Shown here one piece after another: positions 51,753 through 64,000 of a stretch of 64,000 nucleotides of DNA. The position numbers were made by a program, and so were the translations under genes. The notes below the pieces were generated by a model. The model had not been told where the DNA came from. It searched no databases and saw only the letters and a list, made by a program, of their open reading frames with translations. How positions within the stretch are numbered: the first letter of the stretch is position 1; each line of letters opens with the position of its first letter. Location of the stretch: assembly GCA_030704615.1 (NCBI GenBank), contig CM060731.1:69998001-70062000 (forward strand), written 5' to 3'. This DNA is from Takakia lepidozioides. Lineage: Eukaryota; Plantae; Bryophyta.

Positions 51753-52458
51753 CCTCACAACCTGTAAGTAACAGTAATTTACTTGGCCTGCTCAGTAGCC
51801 CTCCCCCAATCCTTAACTTGTGCATGGGTTGAGGATGCATCAGAGGAGGGTGAAGTTGGTCATCAATTTGAAAATTACATTCGGAGTCTTGATGTAGTGA
51901 GTTGGAGTAAGTCCATCTGTCAAATAGAAATCTGTGAGGAGTTTACTGGACATCATTCGGCTGTGCAATTAATCAAGCTTAACCATATTCTCATTGATGA
52001 ATGCCTCTTGGTGGCATTGTTGTTTAGTTTGTTTTTCTTTTCCCCACGGTGACATAATCTGATGACAGAGAAGGGTGGGGAGAGAGTGATTTTCATCCAC
52101 TTCAAGTCAACCTCAATCATACTGGGTAAACTTCATTCAACAAAACCCTTAACCATTAACCATGCAAAGAACAATCTCAACAATCTCAACAATCTCAACA
52201 TATATGCAAACTAAGTAGCTGTACACAGAAACAAAGTCTCCCATGGCCACCAACTCCAACTGACATCATGGCAGAACTACTCAGTAGGACCTCTCAAGAT
52301 ATACTACTTGGAAATGGTTGTAATGCAACCCAGGAGACAGTGATCCTTAGAGAATACCATTCCACTTGTTTGTGACTGGCCTGGAATTATGGATTTATGA
52401 TTTCATCAAGATTGGACCATCCTTTCATGCATTAAATAAGAAATAAAGAACCGGTAAC

Positions 52459-52530
52459 AGCATCTTCTTCCGCGCCTTCGCCTCATAGAGACTCAGCATC
52501 TTCTTCCGCGCCTTCGCCTCATAGAGACTC
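52459..52530. repeat. 36-bp tandem duplication spanning the VAP stop codon
   Basis: AGCATCTTCTTCCGCGCCTTCGCCTCATAGAGACTC x2, plus a partial third copy. Confidence 0.95.
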
Positions 52531-55500
52531 TGCATCTTCGATTTGCTGCCGTGCCAGGTAATTTTCTCTGCGCTGCTTCTGTGATGCAATCCAACCATGA
52601 TGTTCCGTAATATACATTGCTCATTACAAGACTTGCTCAGTAGCACAGCAAGACGAGGATGGAAGATACAAAGGATACAGCTGTAGTAAAGCTCGAGAGT
52701 CTATCACTTGAACATCTCATTCAACCCAATTCAGACACATGTAAAAGGATTGCAAACTATGTAACATACAGCACCAGGGTGGGCTTGGGTACTTGACAAC
52801 ATGTAGGAAGTGATCACTTGTATGCTAGAGATGAAAATTTTCTTACTTCCGGTCAACTTAAAATCCTGCCCTCCAATGCACTTTACCAGAGGACGCAGGG
52901 AGAGATGTACTTATACGTTGAGTCGAAGTATTAACCCTGATTAGATGACAAACTCACAACCTCTAAAAGGCTCATACCAGGTTTCACGTTCCCTCTAGCT
53001 GCTCATCAAACCCAAACATGTCAATGGATGACAGTTACTAGTAGAATTTGTGGTCTCATGGTACTGAAATTGGTACTGTTTGTGATGGTGCCATAGTATA
53101 TAGCCAGTATTAATCCTCTTTCCTCTACTCAGGATGTTCCCACCTCAGTTGAGTACTGTACTTTACGTGTTAGGGAAGGGTCGTTCCCAAGGCCCTTCCT
53201 GAATTTGAGAACACCGGCAACGAGGGCAGAGCCCGAGTTCCGGGTGCTCGAAAATTCAGGAAGGGCCGTGGGAACGACCCTTCCCCAACGTGAAAAACTG
53301 GTAAATTTTTCTTTCCCGCTCCTTGCTCCGCAAATTGGGGGACCCTTCCAAACGCGAAAGGTACTTCCCGCAAATTGGGGGACCCTTCCAAAAGCGTAAA
53401 GTACTTCCCGTAAATCGGGGGAACCTTGCGGCCAGGGAGGTTCCTTGAATTACAAAGAAAAAAATTTGCCAGTGTTTTACGCTTAAATATCAGCAGTAAT
53501 CTCTGACACTCTTTATCAAGCCAAAAGTTCAAAGGAGATGTGGAAGCATAGTTCTAACCATGAAGTGCACCAGCTTTCAGAAAAAAAGAATAACCTCCAA
53601 AGGGACAGAGAGGGTGATGGCTGCAACAGAGAAGATGGATGAGTGGCCACTAACCCATTCATCAATCACGAGTCCCTCCACCACCAATGCACCCTTGGGT
53701 GTCTTGTCCTCCTGTGGCTTCTTCTGGGCTGCTTCTGCTGCCTCAGCTTCTGCCAAACGCTTCTGCAGCCTCTCCAGTTCCTCCTGTGTCCCATATGACA
53801 TGGGCAGATCAGACTTCATGGTTGTGATGAATTGCTCAAAAACTTCTCCCAACTGAGAATACCGCACAGTCACTCACTCCCAGGTCAAAACTCAAACGGC
53901 AGACTAGTATCATTCATGTACGATTCAGTATCAAAATGCATAAATCAAAATATGAACAATTACATCAATTCAGAAAGGGCAAGGGCCTCAAAAGCTGCCA
54001 GGCTGATACCTGCCATGCCTCGATAAGGCATTGGAACCTTTTCTATGCAGATTTACTTATAAGGCCAGTGCATGGAAGATCATACTTACAGGAGATGCAC
54101 GTTGAGGATCAATAAATACCACACGCAGAATGCACTCTACAGCCACCACCTCTTTTTGCTCCTCAAACTTATGAAGGCCACAGCATCACCACGTGATAGT
54201 CAATTCCGTGCCGGCTACGAACGGTAAGATTGCTGAAAGCTTCACAAGATAGTTGGAAATGTGAAGACATTGGACCTCCTACCCATAAAAATCAATATGG
54301 GAATACAACAGCCTCTGTAAAACCTTGTCAGTTGACAACATCCCAAACAAAGCACCACACTCAACATATCCACCCAATCTCGAGCTTTGTATTTCTCTAA
54401 AGCATCTGCACGAAAGGCCAAAAAACTCTCTCTCTCTCTCTCCTGCAGATCTCCATTCCCTCTTTGGTTAGTGAGACATTTAGCCATTGTTTCCCTTTTC
54501 TTCTTACCAGTTCTGGAGTATATTCAACACCCTCATTCACTGCCAAGCTGACAATCTTGAACTTGTCCTTGTTTTTTTTCTCCCATGGTCGCTCTGTCTG
54601 TTCCACAAATTTGACAACTGCCAAGCACACTTGTCAAGATCTTACAACAGAAATTACCTCTAAATTAGTTGGTCAATGCTCTCTCAAAGCAGACATTTTT
54701 TTATAATACTTTCGAAGAAACATCAGACAATAGGCAGACTAGAGTCATCAAGCCTATCAGACCCAGGTACCAAGGGAGGGAATAAGAGTCTTGCCTTTCA
54801 CAATGGCAAGCCAGCTATAAGTAGGTTGCATGTTGCATCCATAGGATAGTGACCATTTAAATGAAGATATAAAGAACCTTCTATCCTAATTTAAAACCTC
54901 CAAACTGCATGGAGTGCTCGAGTCTGATAACCCTCCAATCAATCTCATCTTACTCTCCTAATGGAAAAGCCAGAGCAGCTCCAAAGTATTTCATTTTGAC
55001 AGGGAAGAGACAAAAAAGTGCTTAAAATATTCATCTTTCATTTGCAGTTTGACGAAAACAATTTACAAGCACATTCCAGAGGCCACTGTAGCTCACAAAT
55101 CAGCTCTCACTCCAGGATTCTTATTTCCCAGAAGCAGTGCCATGTGTTTCAAACAGCAGTAACCAGAGGCAACCAACACAACTGTCCTCATCAATAACTC
55201 TTGGTTGCTTGCTTGCAAGCAGGTTCATGGAGGACTGTCTGATAGTGACCGAACGACTGTTTGATATCTACTGACCAACACAAAGCATGCTTTGAGAGAA
55301 TCTAACTCCGACATACCAGTTGCAATAATGGAACCATTTGGGGACAGAACACCACTTGGAGGGCGCATAAAGCAGCTCTTGGGAGCTGTTGTCTGAAACT
55401 GCACATGAGAATTACCACATTTCTGTTAGAGCATGCACTGTACAGAGACAAAATCCTCATGTCCAATATTCTCATGATTGGTAGAAATTACACCGGCCGA

Positions 55501-56535
55501 CATTAACCCAAGCATCATGCAATCTTTCCTCTGAATCCCTTCTGCTCCTCAAATATGTGAAAAAGGATGGTAAATCGAATACATCACTCACTCACTTTGA
55601 AGGCCACATGTGAGTGGCTGACATTTTTTATTTTGATTGCACTCGACACTTGCTTTCCTGGTTCATCTGAGGTCACATTGAGAACAAAATCAGTTAGTTC
55701 TGAGACATTGTGCCATCAGAATTCCTCATTGTCAATAAGACAGGCTTCAGGAAGTTTGCTTGCACTTCCTGTCGATCTTAGCCAACTATCCACCAAGAGG
55801 CATGTATCCTTCAACTGTCACCTCAGGCATCCTGTTTTGGAGAGTTCGTCACACAGACTAAGAGGACAAATCCCCCTCCCCACCACTCAGGGGACCACCA
55901 ATACATTTGAAAATTGAAAATCATCCTCTCGGCATTGTGATCAACATGCTAGCAATGATTGGTTGATGGTTGCTGGAAGGTTCTGCATGGACCTCCTTAA
56001 CAATGCTAACAGTACGCAGCTAACAGAGACCTCTGCCTAAGCTTACACTTTGGGATTTATGATACCAGTGTCCTTGTGATTGTGAGCAAGAGGCAGCCAT
56101 TGGAATAATATTTATTCTTGGATCTATACACACCAGAATAGATAATTAAGCTGCAAGCAATAGAGGACCTGTACTCCCCAAATTGTTGTGGACTAACCGG
56201 ACTCTGCAGACAAGTTCCGTAATATGAGTAACCTCTTTGGCATCAAGCTATACATGATGGATGCCAGGTCGGTAAACAAGCTCTCACATGACATGGAACT
56301 TACAGAGGAAATGCAAGCTCTTGTCGGGATCCAGACGCAGGTGTCGGCGGTTTAGAAGAAAGGCTCTTGCTATGGACGACATTGAGGAACGAGACCCTGA
56401 GGCCTCCCCATTCTGTTGTCCTGTAGCTGAAACTGATTGATTGTGCTGTGAGTCTCCACTCTGTCCCCACGGCATTCTCAGTTTCCAACCCGAAGGAGCT
56501 CGCTTCTTCCCATTGGCCTGTGTTTGAGCCGCCAT
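52519..56535 (-). CDS. Vesicle-associated protein 4-type (VAP27-like, MSP domain), 7 exons, intact
   Basis: Exons approx. 56535-56304, 55666-55596, 55398-55317, 54619-54509, 54167-54090, 53783-53655, 52578-52519. Peptides: RHLRLDPDKSLHFLYEPGKQVSSAIKIKNVSHSHVAFKFQTTAPKSCFMRPPSG...LAEAEAAEAAQKKPQED...EGLVIDEWKQRRENYLARQQIEDAESL*. Confidence 0.92.
53173..53430. mobile_element. GC-rich intronic insertion: fold-back hairpin plus three ~39-bp repeats
   Basis: GGGAAGGGTCGTTCCCAAGGCCCTTCCTGAATTT pairs with AAATTCAGGAAGGGCCGTGGGAACGACCCTTCCC, followed by CCGCAAATTGGGGGACCCTTCCAAA-type repeats. Confidence 0.7.
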
Positions 56536-57910
56536 GCCGTGGCCCACCTAGCTTAAGTCCCCTTGTCAATTGAAGCTTTCAGCCCCCGCACATTCGTCAC
56601 CAAATCGTCTTCTCGGTCTGTCTGGTAAGTGTACGTGCGTATCAATCTGCAGTACCTGATAGTCCTCTACAGGATAGCCTGTACTGTGTCTCTGTCTACA
56701 TACTCTGTTCCTCAAAGCCTTTTCCACGGCCTGCTATCCGCTGCTACTCATGATGCATCCTCATCTCCTCCACGTTCACACATTCCGGATGTTAAGCCCC
56801 TGTGAACTGTATGTCCACGCTGGCCGCAGCTGTGCCGCTTGCTGTAACACGCCCATGGATTATAGGAATACGAACACATTCAAGACTTCTTCCAAAATAG
56901 GAAGAGGCAGCTTGTCACATACTTGTATTCTACTCCCAAACCTAGAGAATATTGGACATGGAGAGGGACCTTCAGTAGCAAACACGAGGAAGAGAAACAA
57001 GGAGTGCAGGAGCAAAAGTTCCTTTGGAGGACGCGTTCCTCTGAATCCAAAAACTCGAGTACGCAACGACGATCACCGACGACGCACACAAGCATGAGCA
57101 GAAAGTACCGCGAGAGTAAAAGGATCAAATTCTTCTCAAAAATCCTTCCGTGAGCCTTAATTTTACGCAAATACTTGAATGTCCAAGAAACCTCGCAAAG
57201 GTTAGCTATGGCCGATCGTAACACGCTTCACAGGCCCACACTCGCCGAGAGAAGGAAGTATCGCCAATCCAGATCAAGCAAACTCCCTCTACAAACTCCG
57301 AAATCCTTGATTTGCATGAATCTGCTTGCAAGCAATGCAATCCGATCGCTCGATCAGGCCAGCTATGGCCGAACGAAACGTGACTAGCAGCACACTGAGG
57401 GACAATCGCGGGCCGGGTGTGGACCGCCCGTCGTCGACTTAACCACTCTTCCTTACCCGCATTACCGACCCTCTCCATTTCCACCTGAACTTACCCGGCC
57501 CCACCACCGATCACCTGAGTGTCATTTTTCATCCATGATGCTACTATTCGCATACCGTACCCGAGAGGGACCATAGATGAACGTCTCATCTACAAATGAT
57601 GACCTTTTCTGAATTACCTCGCGATAATATATCCAGTAAATAAGTGGAATATCTATCCAGACACGTGCCACCGGACCACAGAATCTCATACCACGCCTGC
57701 TCCGGATCCGTCGAAGCTGAAGAAAAGGGGTAGCCCCGGCAGCGGCCGGGTAGAAGGCGTGGGGCCACGTCGACATTTGAACGGGCTTTACTCAACCCGT
57801 CTTCATTGCGCTCACTTCTTTGTCAACGCTACCGTGCAGCCCGGCTTTCCTCCCGGCGGCCCGGCCCGGTCCGCCCGTTGAGGTACATAGTACAAGCGGA
57901 TGATGGTGAA

Positions 57911-58410
57911 CATGAGGACAGTATTTTGTGTGGCCTCGTCGTTATGAGGCTGGTCAGACTACTGTCAGGCCGTCTCATTAATATAAGAGCAAACTACCTT
58001 CATGCGTCAAGGACTTGGAATTTTTGTGGCATATGAATTTTACAACTACCTCCATGCAGGTAGTTTTAGGATTTTCTACATGGAGTTAGTTGCAAAACCA
58101 AGCTGAACTACCTGCATGAGAGTTAGTTGCATACCACCTCCATATGGAGGTAGTTACAGTAAACGCCAACCACCGGAAACACGTTCAAGGAATGGAACCC
58201 GAGAACTACTTGGCCACACTGCCATCGACCTACCAGGCTACCAACAGACCACAACCTCCGCCATGACAGCGATCTGACGTTTTTTTCAATATATAAGAGA
58301 AACAGGGGAATAGGGATCCTTTTAATGTAGCGGGCCCGCTGTCAGGTCCCTGTCCCCTCTGCACCGTGCGGCCTCAATAGGACGAGGCCACACAAAATTC
58401 TGAGGCCATG
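57911..58410. mobile_element. MITE-like element with ~40-bp TIRs upstream of VAP
   Basis: CATG..CAGTATTTTGTGTGGCCTCGTC..TGAGGC vs GCCTCA..GACGAGGCCACACAAAATTCTG..CATG; internal AACTACCT..CATG..AGGTAGTT hairpin repeats. TSD not evident. Confidence 0.6.
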
Positions 58411-58894
58411 GCACAAGTGTCGCGGTACATTAGTGGCAGGCTCTGACGGTAACTGCCACCATGATACTACGGATAAGTATATGAAGAATTAATTTAAAGT
58501 AAAAAGTTGTTGTGTAATCAAAACTTCGGTAGTGTGGTCGAATCTGCCATTCAGCACATATTTTACCATCGTTTTATTAAGTATATACGTAGACAACCAG
58601 TTGTAGCCCTGGTAATAGGCACATACCAACCTCCACTTCCCAGTTCAATCCACCGATTGGTGTGGCAAAGGTGTCCACCTTCCTGATGGAAGGCACTAGA
58701 CCTTCCGGGTCAAGAGACACCATAATTTACGCTTCCTTCGTGGGACGTATTTATATTATGACCATGTATACCAAGAGACAAATGAAAGGCCAATATTCCA
58801 GGAAAAGCACAATTTGTTAAGTGTGGTGTTAAGTGTGGCTTGAGCCGTTGGGGGGCTCCTGTTGTACCGTAGTTTTATGTTCCAGAAAAATCCA

Positions 58895-59090
58895 ATTTGT
58901 TATTTTTCATGAATTTCTAGTGACAAAAAATACTTCAAATTCAATATCTTCCACACCGCAGGTCCAAAGATTATGAAACTGCCTCGATGCACCCTTACTC
59001 ATCGAGGGCTTTCTAAGGGTATCAAGCATGGCGGTTTGGGAGATCTCAACGACGCTATAAACAAAACAAAACAAAATAAACTACCAAACT
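58895..59090 (-). repeat. Copy of the 1-2287 repeat family (reverse orientation)
   Basis: CACACCGCAGGTCCAAA...TGCACCC..CTCATCGAGGGCTTTC..ACAAAACAAAAC is the reverse complement of the family core. Confidence 0.8.
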
Positions 59091-59577
59091 TAATGTATCG
59101 ATTGTGAGCACACCTTGTGCAGAATTGAAAACGTGCAGGAGTTGGATTGCCAACTCTCTTTTTCGCTTTCACGGTTGAACACTTTACAAGCGTATCCAAG
59201 TCAATTGGCCCAATCATGTTGCAGAGTCCCACACACAATGATGTCAATGTGCAACAAAAGCGTGAGGCTACTTGCCGACTGGACCCGATTTGTCGCCATC
59301 CCCTTTGCTCTAGAATATAATAATATGTTTTATCAGTACCGTAGCCTAGGTGCCTATGCTGCTCAGTCATGCCAGAATAAGTTTAAGTTATGTTTTGGAA
59401 GAAAGCTCTGCACTCTAAAAATGAATTATCTAAAATTCAATCAAGTCTCACTCACTCACATACAAAGATATATATATAATGTATATTTAAATGAGCGGAG
59501 CCCTGTTAATCAAAATGATGGATACAAGAAAAAATTAACCTTGTTTATGAGCCTTGAGGCCAATACAAGGACAGAGT

Positions 59578-59614
<37 letters not shown>

Positions 59615-59840
59615 CTCAATATATAAAGCAAGGTAGTTTGTTTTGTTTTGTTTTGTTTTGTTGGCTTTTGTTTCATCGTTGACATCTCCCAAACCGCAAG
59701 GCCCCCGCCCAAGGTCTTTATACCGTTGAAAGCCCTTGATGAGTAGGGTGCATGATGGTTTCATAGTTTTGGGACCTGTGGTGTAGGAGATGAATTTCAA
59801 GTATTTTTACCTCACTGGATATTCATAGAAAATAAAAAAT
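59578..59840 (+). repeat. (CA)n(TA)n microsatellite followed by another copy of the 1-2287 family
   Basis: CA/TA run at 59578-59613; (GTTTT)n; ATACCGTTGAAAGCCCTTGATGAGTAGGGTGCA; GGACCTGTGGTGTAGGAGAT. Confidence 0.8.
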
Positions 59841-61492
59841 TGGGTTTTTTTGCCATATTCACCCTTCATTGCTTTAATATGCTTAACGACACAGGCCGCA
59901 CTAGTATATGTTAAAGAGGGAAATACCCGGAGCGACCGCTCATAAATCTGGCCCCTAGTGAGAGGAGAAAATAACCTCTTCCGTAGTAACCTAACCACAA
60001 GCCGCAAGGATCATCCAATGGGGGAGAAGAACTTAATATGTGATTATTATGCAGATGATTTGTAGATCAATAAAAATAATTTCCAAATATTTCAACATTT
60101 TTTTTCAACACTTACAATTTATATCTTTCAGATATTTCAACCTTCACTTTTGTAATTAGTTAAGGACAAACTATACATGTACCTATGTATCTCCATCAGG
60201 TTGGCCCGGTACTAAATCTGCACAGTACATAAACATGAGCTTGGTGCACCAAGCCTTTTGTACTGATTCACAAAGCTCCACAAAGATAAGAGACATATGG
60301 AGAGGCAAAAAATCAAGGTTATAAGGCTTGTGTTTGTAGGTGTGGAGGTAGATAATCTTATTTCCTTCGTCGCTAGTGACTCATGAAAACTTTGAGGTTA
60401 CTATTCACTTAAAGATGGTTCAAGTTCCAATTTACATTTTAAAGGGCCTTGTTTGGAGAGCCCACCTAAGTATGCTTGAGGTGGAAGAAGCGCTCTACAA
60501 CATAGCCCTTGGCTTCCTTTATATACTCTCTCAAGGCAGCGGTGGAGCCTTCTAAAAGAGGCCCTACTAGGCCATCCTATTTTCTTTGGAAAGCTCTAGA
60601 AGGAGGGTCCACCGCCTCAGCATAGCCTACTTCTATGCTCTCTTCTACCCATCGCCTCACATATCACCCACTCCAACACCCACTGGCCTGAGTCCCTCCC
60701 CATTGGTCCCTCCATTGCTCTCCTTTTTTTTTACCTTAAGAAATAACCCCACCAAAATTGGGACCCTTACTTGTTGTGTAAATGACATAGGATGGGAAAT
60801 AAAACTTAGATGGAAGTTGTTAATAAGTATGAAGCTATGTCCAGTCCACACCCGGATAACAAGGCATGAGCATCTGGCTGTTGCTGCCCTTTCCTCCAGA
60901 AGGATTAGAGTTGGTTGGGAAGTTGTTACTAGTGACCTCCTTTCTACTTGGATATCTCATAATTCTTTCCCGACCAATAGGCTTACTCTTCCTGGCTAGC
61001 TGGGTGCGGGCAATGCCAACAATCGGTTTGTCTTTTATGCTTTGTTTTGGGATGCTGATGTCCTCCACGGTTGGAAGTTTCAAGTTTACCCTTCTGACCT
61101 GGCTTTCCAAAGATTCCACAGAGTAGAGCCCTATGCGTTGCCCACACCGGACAGTTGGCCCATCTTTTCTGGTAGACCAATCTGTGTTAAAACCATTCTC
61201 TGTAAGTCTCACTCAAACATGTTGTTTGAAGCTCGCAAGGCCTGACTGGTTTTGGGGATAGCTCTTCGCAGATGCGGTCAAGGTCCAGAAGAGCTCAACT
61301 ACTCGCAGATTTTGATGGTTCGCGGGGCAAAGGTGGACATCTCTGTTCAAGGGAATCTGAATCAAGAATTCAATGGTGCGACAATCTCCGACAAAGCTAG
61401 TAGCTCCCTCAGCACTAAGAGTTCGCCTTTTGGTGGTGATGATTAGCCCGAAGTCAATTGGAGATACCGAAGGTCTTTTAGCAACGACGCTC

Positions 61493-62673
61493 CCGCGTGA
61501 GCCTGGCGTGTGAGCGTGTGAGCGTACATTCACACAAATGGTGATGTGGCGTGAGCCTACGCTCACAGCGCTGACGTGGCGCTAGTGTTGACGTAACGTG
61601 AACCCACCCAAGGTCGTGCCACGTCACCACAAAGATAGTGGGCCTATAACCGTGAAGCCTATAACTGTGGGATTTCACCATCTGAAAGTAAGATGGGTTA
61701 AGGGTTTAGGACGTCTGCAGAGATCAACCTAGTGTTAACACGAGGTTGATTTCAGAAAACTTGAAATGAACCTTGTGTTAACACGAGGTTCATTTCCTAG
61801 AACTGAAATCAACCTCGTGTTAAGACGAGGTTGATTTCCGAAAATGTTCATTTGAATGTGACTTGATGTGTTCGCAAATGAACAAATGAGTTTGAGAAAC
61901 AAATGCAACAAATGGCAAATGCACGCACAACACGAATGATGACGTGACATACACTGACAGACATACGACTTCAATACTCATTCCATTTTTATTTTTTATT
62001 TTATTTTTCGTTTCTGTGGGGGTGATGCAAATCAACCTCGCGTTGACGCAACCTTGGTTTGAGAAATGAAAGCATCTTTTTTTTAAGACTGTTTTTTGCA
62101 TTTTGTATGGTTGCTGACCCTATTGTTCTTCGTTTTGTTGTACACAATCACGGTTGAGTTAACGCAACTTTGATTATGCTATGGATTTCAATCGTCTCTT
62201 TCGATAGAACAGAGTTTGATAGCGAGCTTGACCAGCTTACCTCGGGCTCAACATCAGCCCCCCGTACGATGGCAGTTCTCGAGGAGGCGGACGTTCCTGA
62301 CGAAGATCTGGACGTGGACTCTGATTTTGAGTGTGAGTAAGTCGTATTTGTTGTCGTACGGTCGGGTAATGCATTCCCTTGCTTCTTTCCCAACCGTGAT
62401 TCCAATGATTCCTTCAATTAGAAATCTCGCAATTGTGACTTCTGACACCATTCGGGTTGGTTCGTTTCAGAGTGCGGCACCAATCATCAGCGATATCCTT
62501 CGGTTTTCAAGGATACAACTTGACTCCAAGTCCGCCCCGTGGTTTCCACTTGCCTGTTTACGTGGAGGCATGTGCACGTGTGTTATCCCAGCAATCAGTC
62601 TGTTCTCCTAAGAGTGGCTCATTGATGATGTGGCGTGAGCCTGACTGGGCTCACGTGCTCACAGGCTCATACG
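61493..62673. mobile_element. Non-autonomous DNA-transposon-like element with GTGAGC-rich subterminal repeats and an internal palindrome array
   Basis: CGTGAGCC/GTGAGC motifs at the left and GCTCAC/GGCTCA motifs at the right; GATGTGGCGTGAGCCT near both ends. An acidic C-terminal-like peptide EEADVPDEDLDVDSDFECE* lies at ~62280-62340. Confidence 0.45.
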
Positions 62674-64000
62674 GAAGTTTTCCCCGTCTTTTAGGAAGGA
62701 AAAGGCTAAAGCCCAGCTCTCCTATGGTAGTATCATCTGATTTTTAGTTTCTCTTTCCTTGCTCGGTTGAGTATCGATTCTCAGTTGTTAGTTGTAGCTT
62801 CTCGACTGTACTCTTTCTGCCTTTTGTCACAAAACAGTGTCTTCCTACATCAGCGTCTAAGAGTTTTCTAGGTTTCTTCTATAAATGTTCCCAGCTACTA
62901 TGCCAACATATATAGATCCTGCAAACCGCTGGTGACATCAGCTTGTATATTGCAATGTTGTTACTAAAGAGCTGGTCATCATTACATCATAACTGGAAGT
63001 CGCTACAACATGTGAGGCGCAACATAGCCTAGGTTTCATTGCAATACCTCACATTCATATGTTATAACCAGCAGTTGCTTTGACAGTTCCACATATGTGT
63101 CTGCCCCATGACCAATTTGCATGCTAGTCTTTAACAAAGACCGCAGGGTCTCGTAGCTCACCAGTATTCTTTCTTGGCGGCCTGCTGGCTGCTGCACCCC
63201 ACCAATCGTTTCTTGTCAGGATAATCCTAGCTATCAGCTCCACAAAAATCCAAACTTTAAAAGAGAGACTAAGCGAAGACAACACCAAAGGTAATTGCAA
63301 AAGAATGCACCCTTTATTTCAACATTACCCACGACCTTCAACTATGGCGTAGATGAAGGAGGAGAGCCCGGAAAAATGGCGAGCAAACGCGGCGAAGGAA
63401 AACAGACACGGGCAGCAAACGATAGTTTAAAACTAAAACTTCGCGTTAACATTTGTTACTGTAACTTTTCAGTGTAGCAGCGATAATGTTAGTTGGAGCA
63501 GTTGTTAGGAAAACAGGCCTGCTAAGCCGTGCCGTTAGTAGGTGTTCTACACTATCAGCGCAGTCTGGCGGGGGCCAAGTAACATCTTTATTGGCTCCTC
63601 CCTAAGGATAGACCAGGCATTGATTGTTTTCTCCAGATGTACCTTCCCCAGTTAATACCTAGCCACCAAGATTGTACCTTCCCAAATAAATATCCATTTT
63701 CAGTATACTTCTAGATTCTCATCCCCTATCGCTTACCCATTCATCCATAACTTGGTGAGTGCTAAAATTTTATTATAATCTGTTCCCTTCAGATTTATCC
63801 ATGTAGTTCTATTATATTCACTTTTTCCAAGACACCTTCCTTCATGTAATATGATATACAAGGCCTCACCTTTTCTTTTATATATATATATTCACTTTCT
63901 CTAAGTTTTATCAAAGTGACTTCCATTATATTCAGTTCCTTTCAGTTTCACATTGAATTCCATTAGCAAGAGTTAGTAGCTTAGTTGGATAGTGCATTGC

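Noticed and set aside
61722-61838. CRISPR-like palindromic repeats
   Set aside because: Spacers are only ~10 nt and similar to each other, the context is eukaryotic, and no cas genes are present.

Overview
Eukaryotic, intron-rich plant nuclear DNA; a bryophyte/moss origin is my inference from gene structure and repeat content. Host genes: an intact 20-exon importin-5 (minus, 4761-14163), a 21-exon protein with a duplicated N-terminal helical module plus WD40 repeats (plus, 39161-51752, with an in-frame TAG at the start of exon 8), and an intact 7-exon VAP/MSP-domain gene (minus, 52519-56535). Between 24 and 30.5 kb is a block of decaying genes: a PLA1-type lipase pseudogene, a kelch/F-box remnant and a Borealin-like gene with a stop at codon 3. 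Mobile DNA includes a complex satellite-like family at both window ends, a decayed hAT element with a nested solo LTR, several MITEs and LINE 3' fragments. The most notable element is a ~7 kb Ty3/gypsy LTR retrotransposon (31805-38760). It has an extra unknown ORF upstream of gag, a dUTPase-fold domain between protease and RT, a tRNA-Ala-type PBS, a 4-bp TSD, an RNase H deletion and no chromodomain. Exon boundaries were read by eye and may be off by a few bases.
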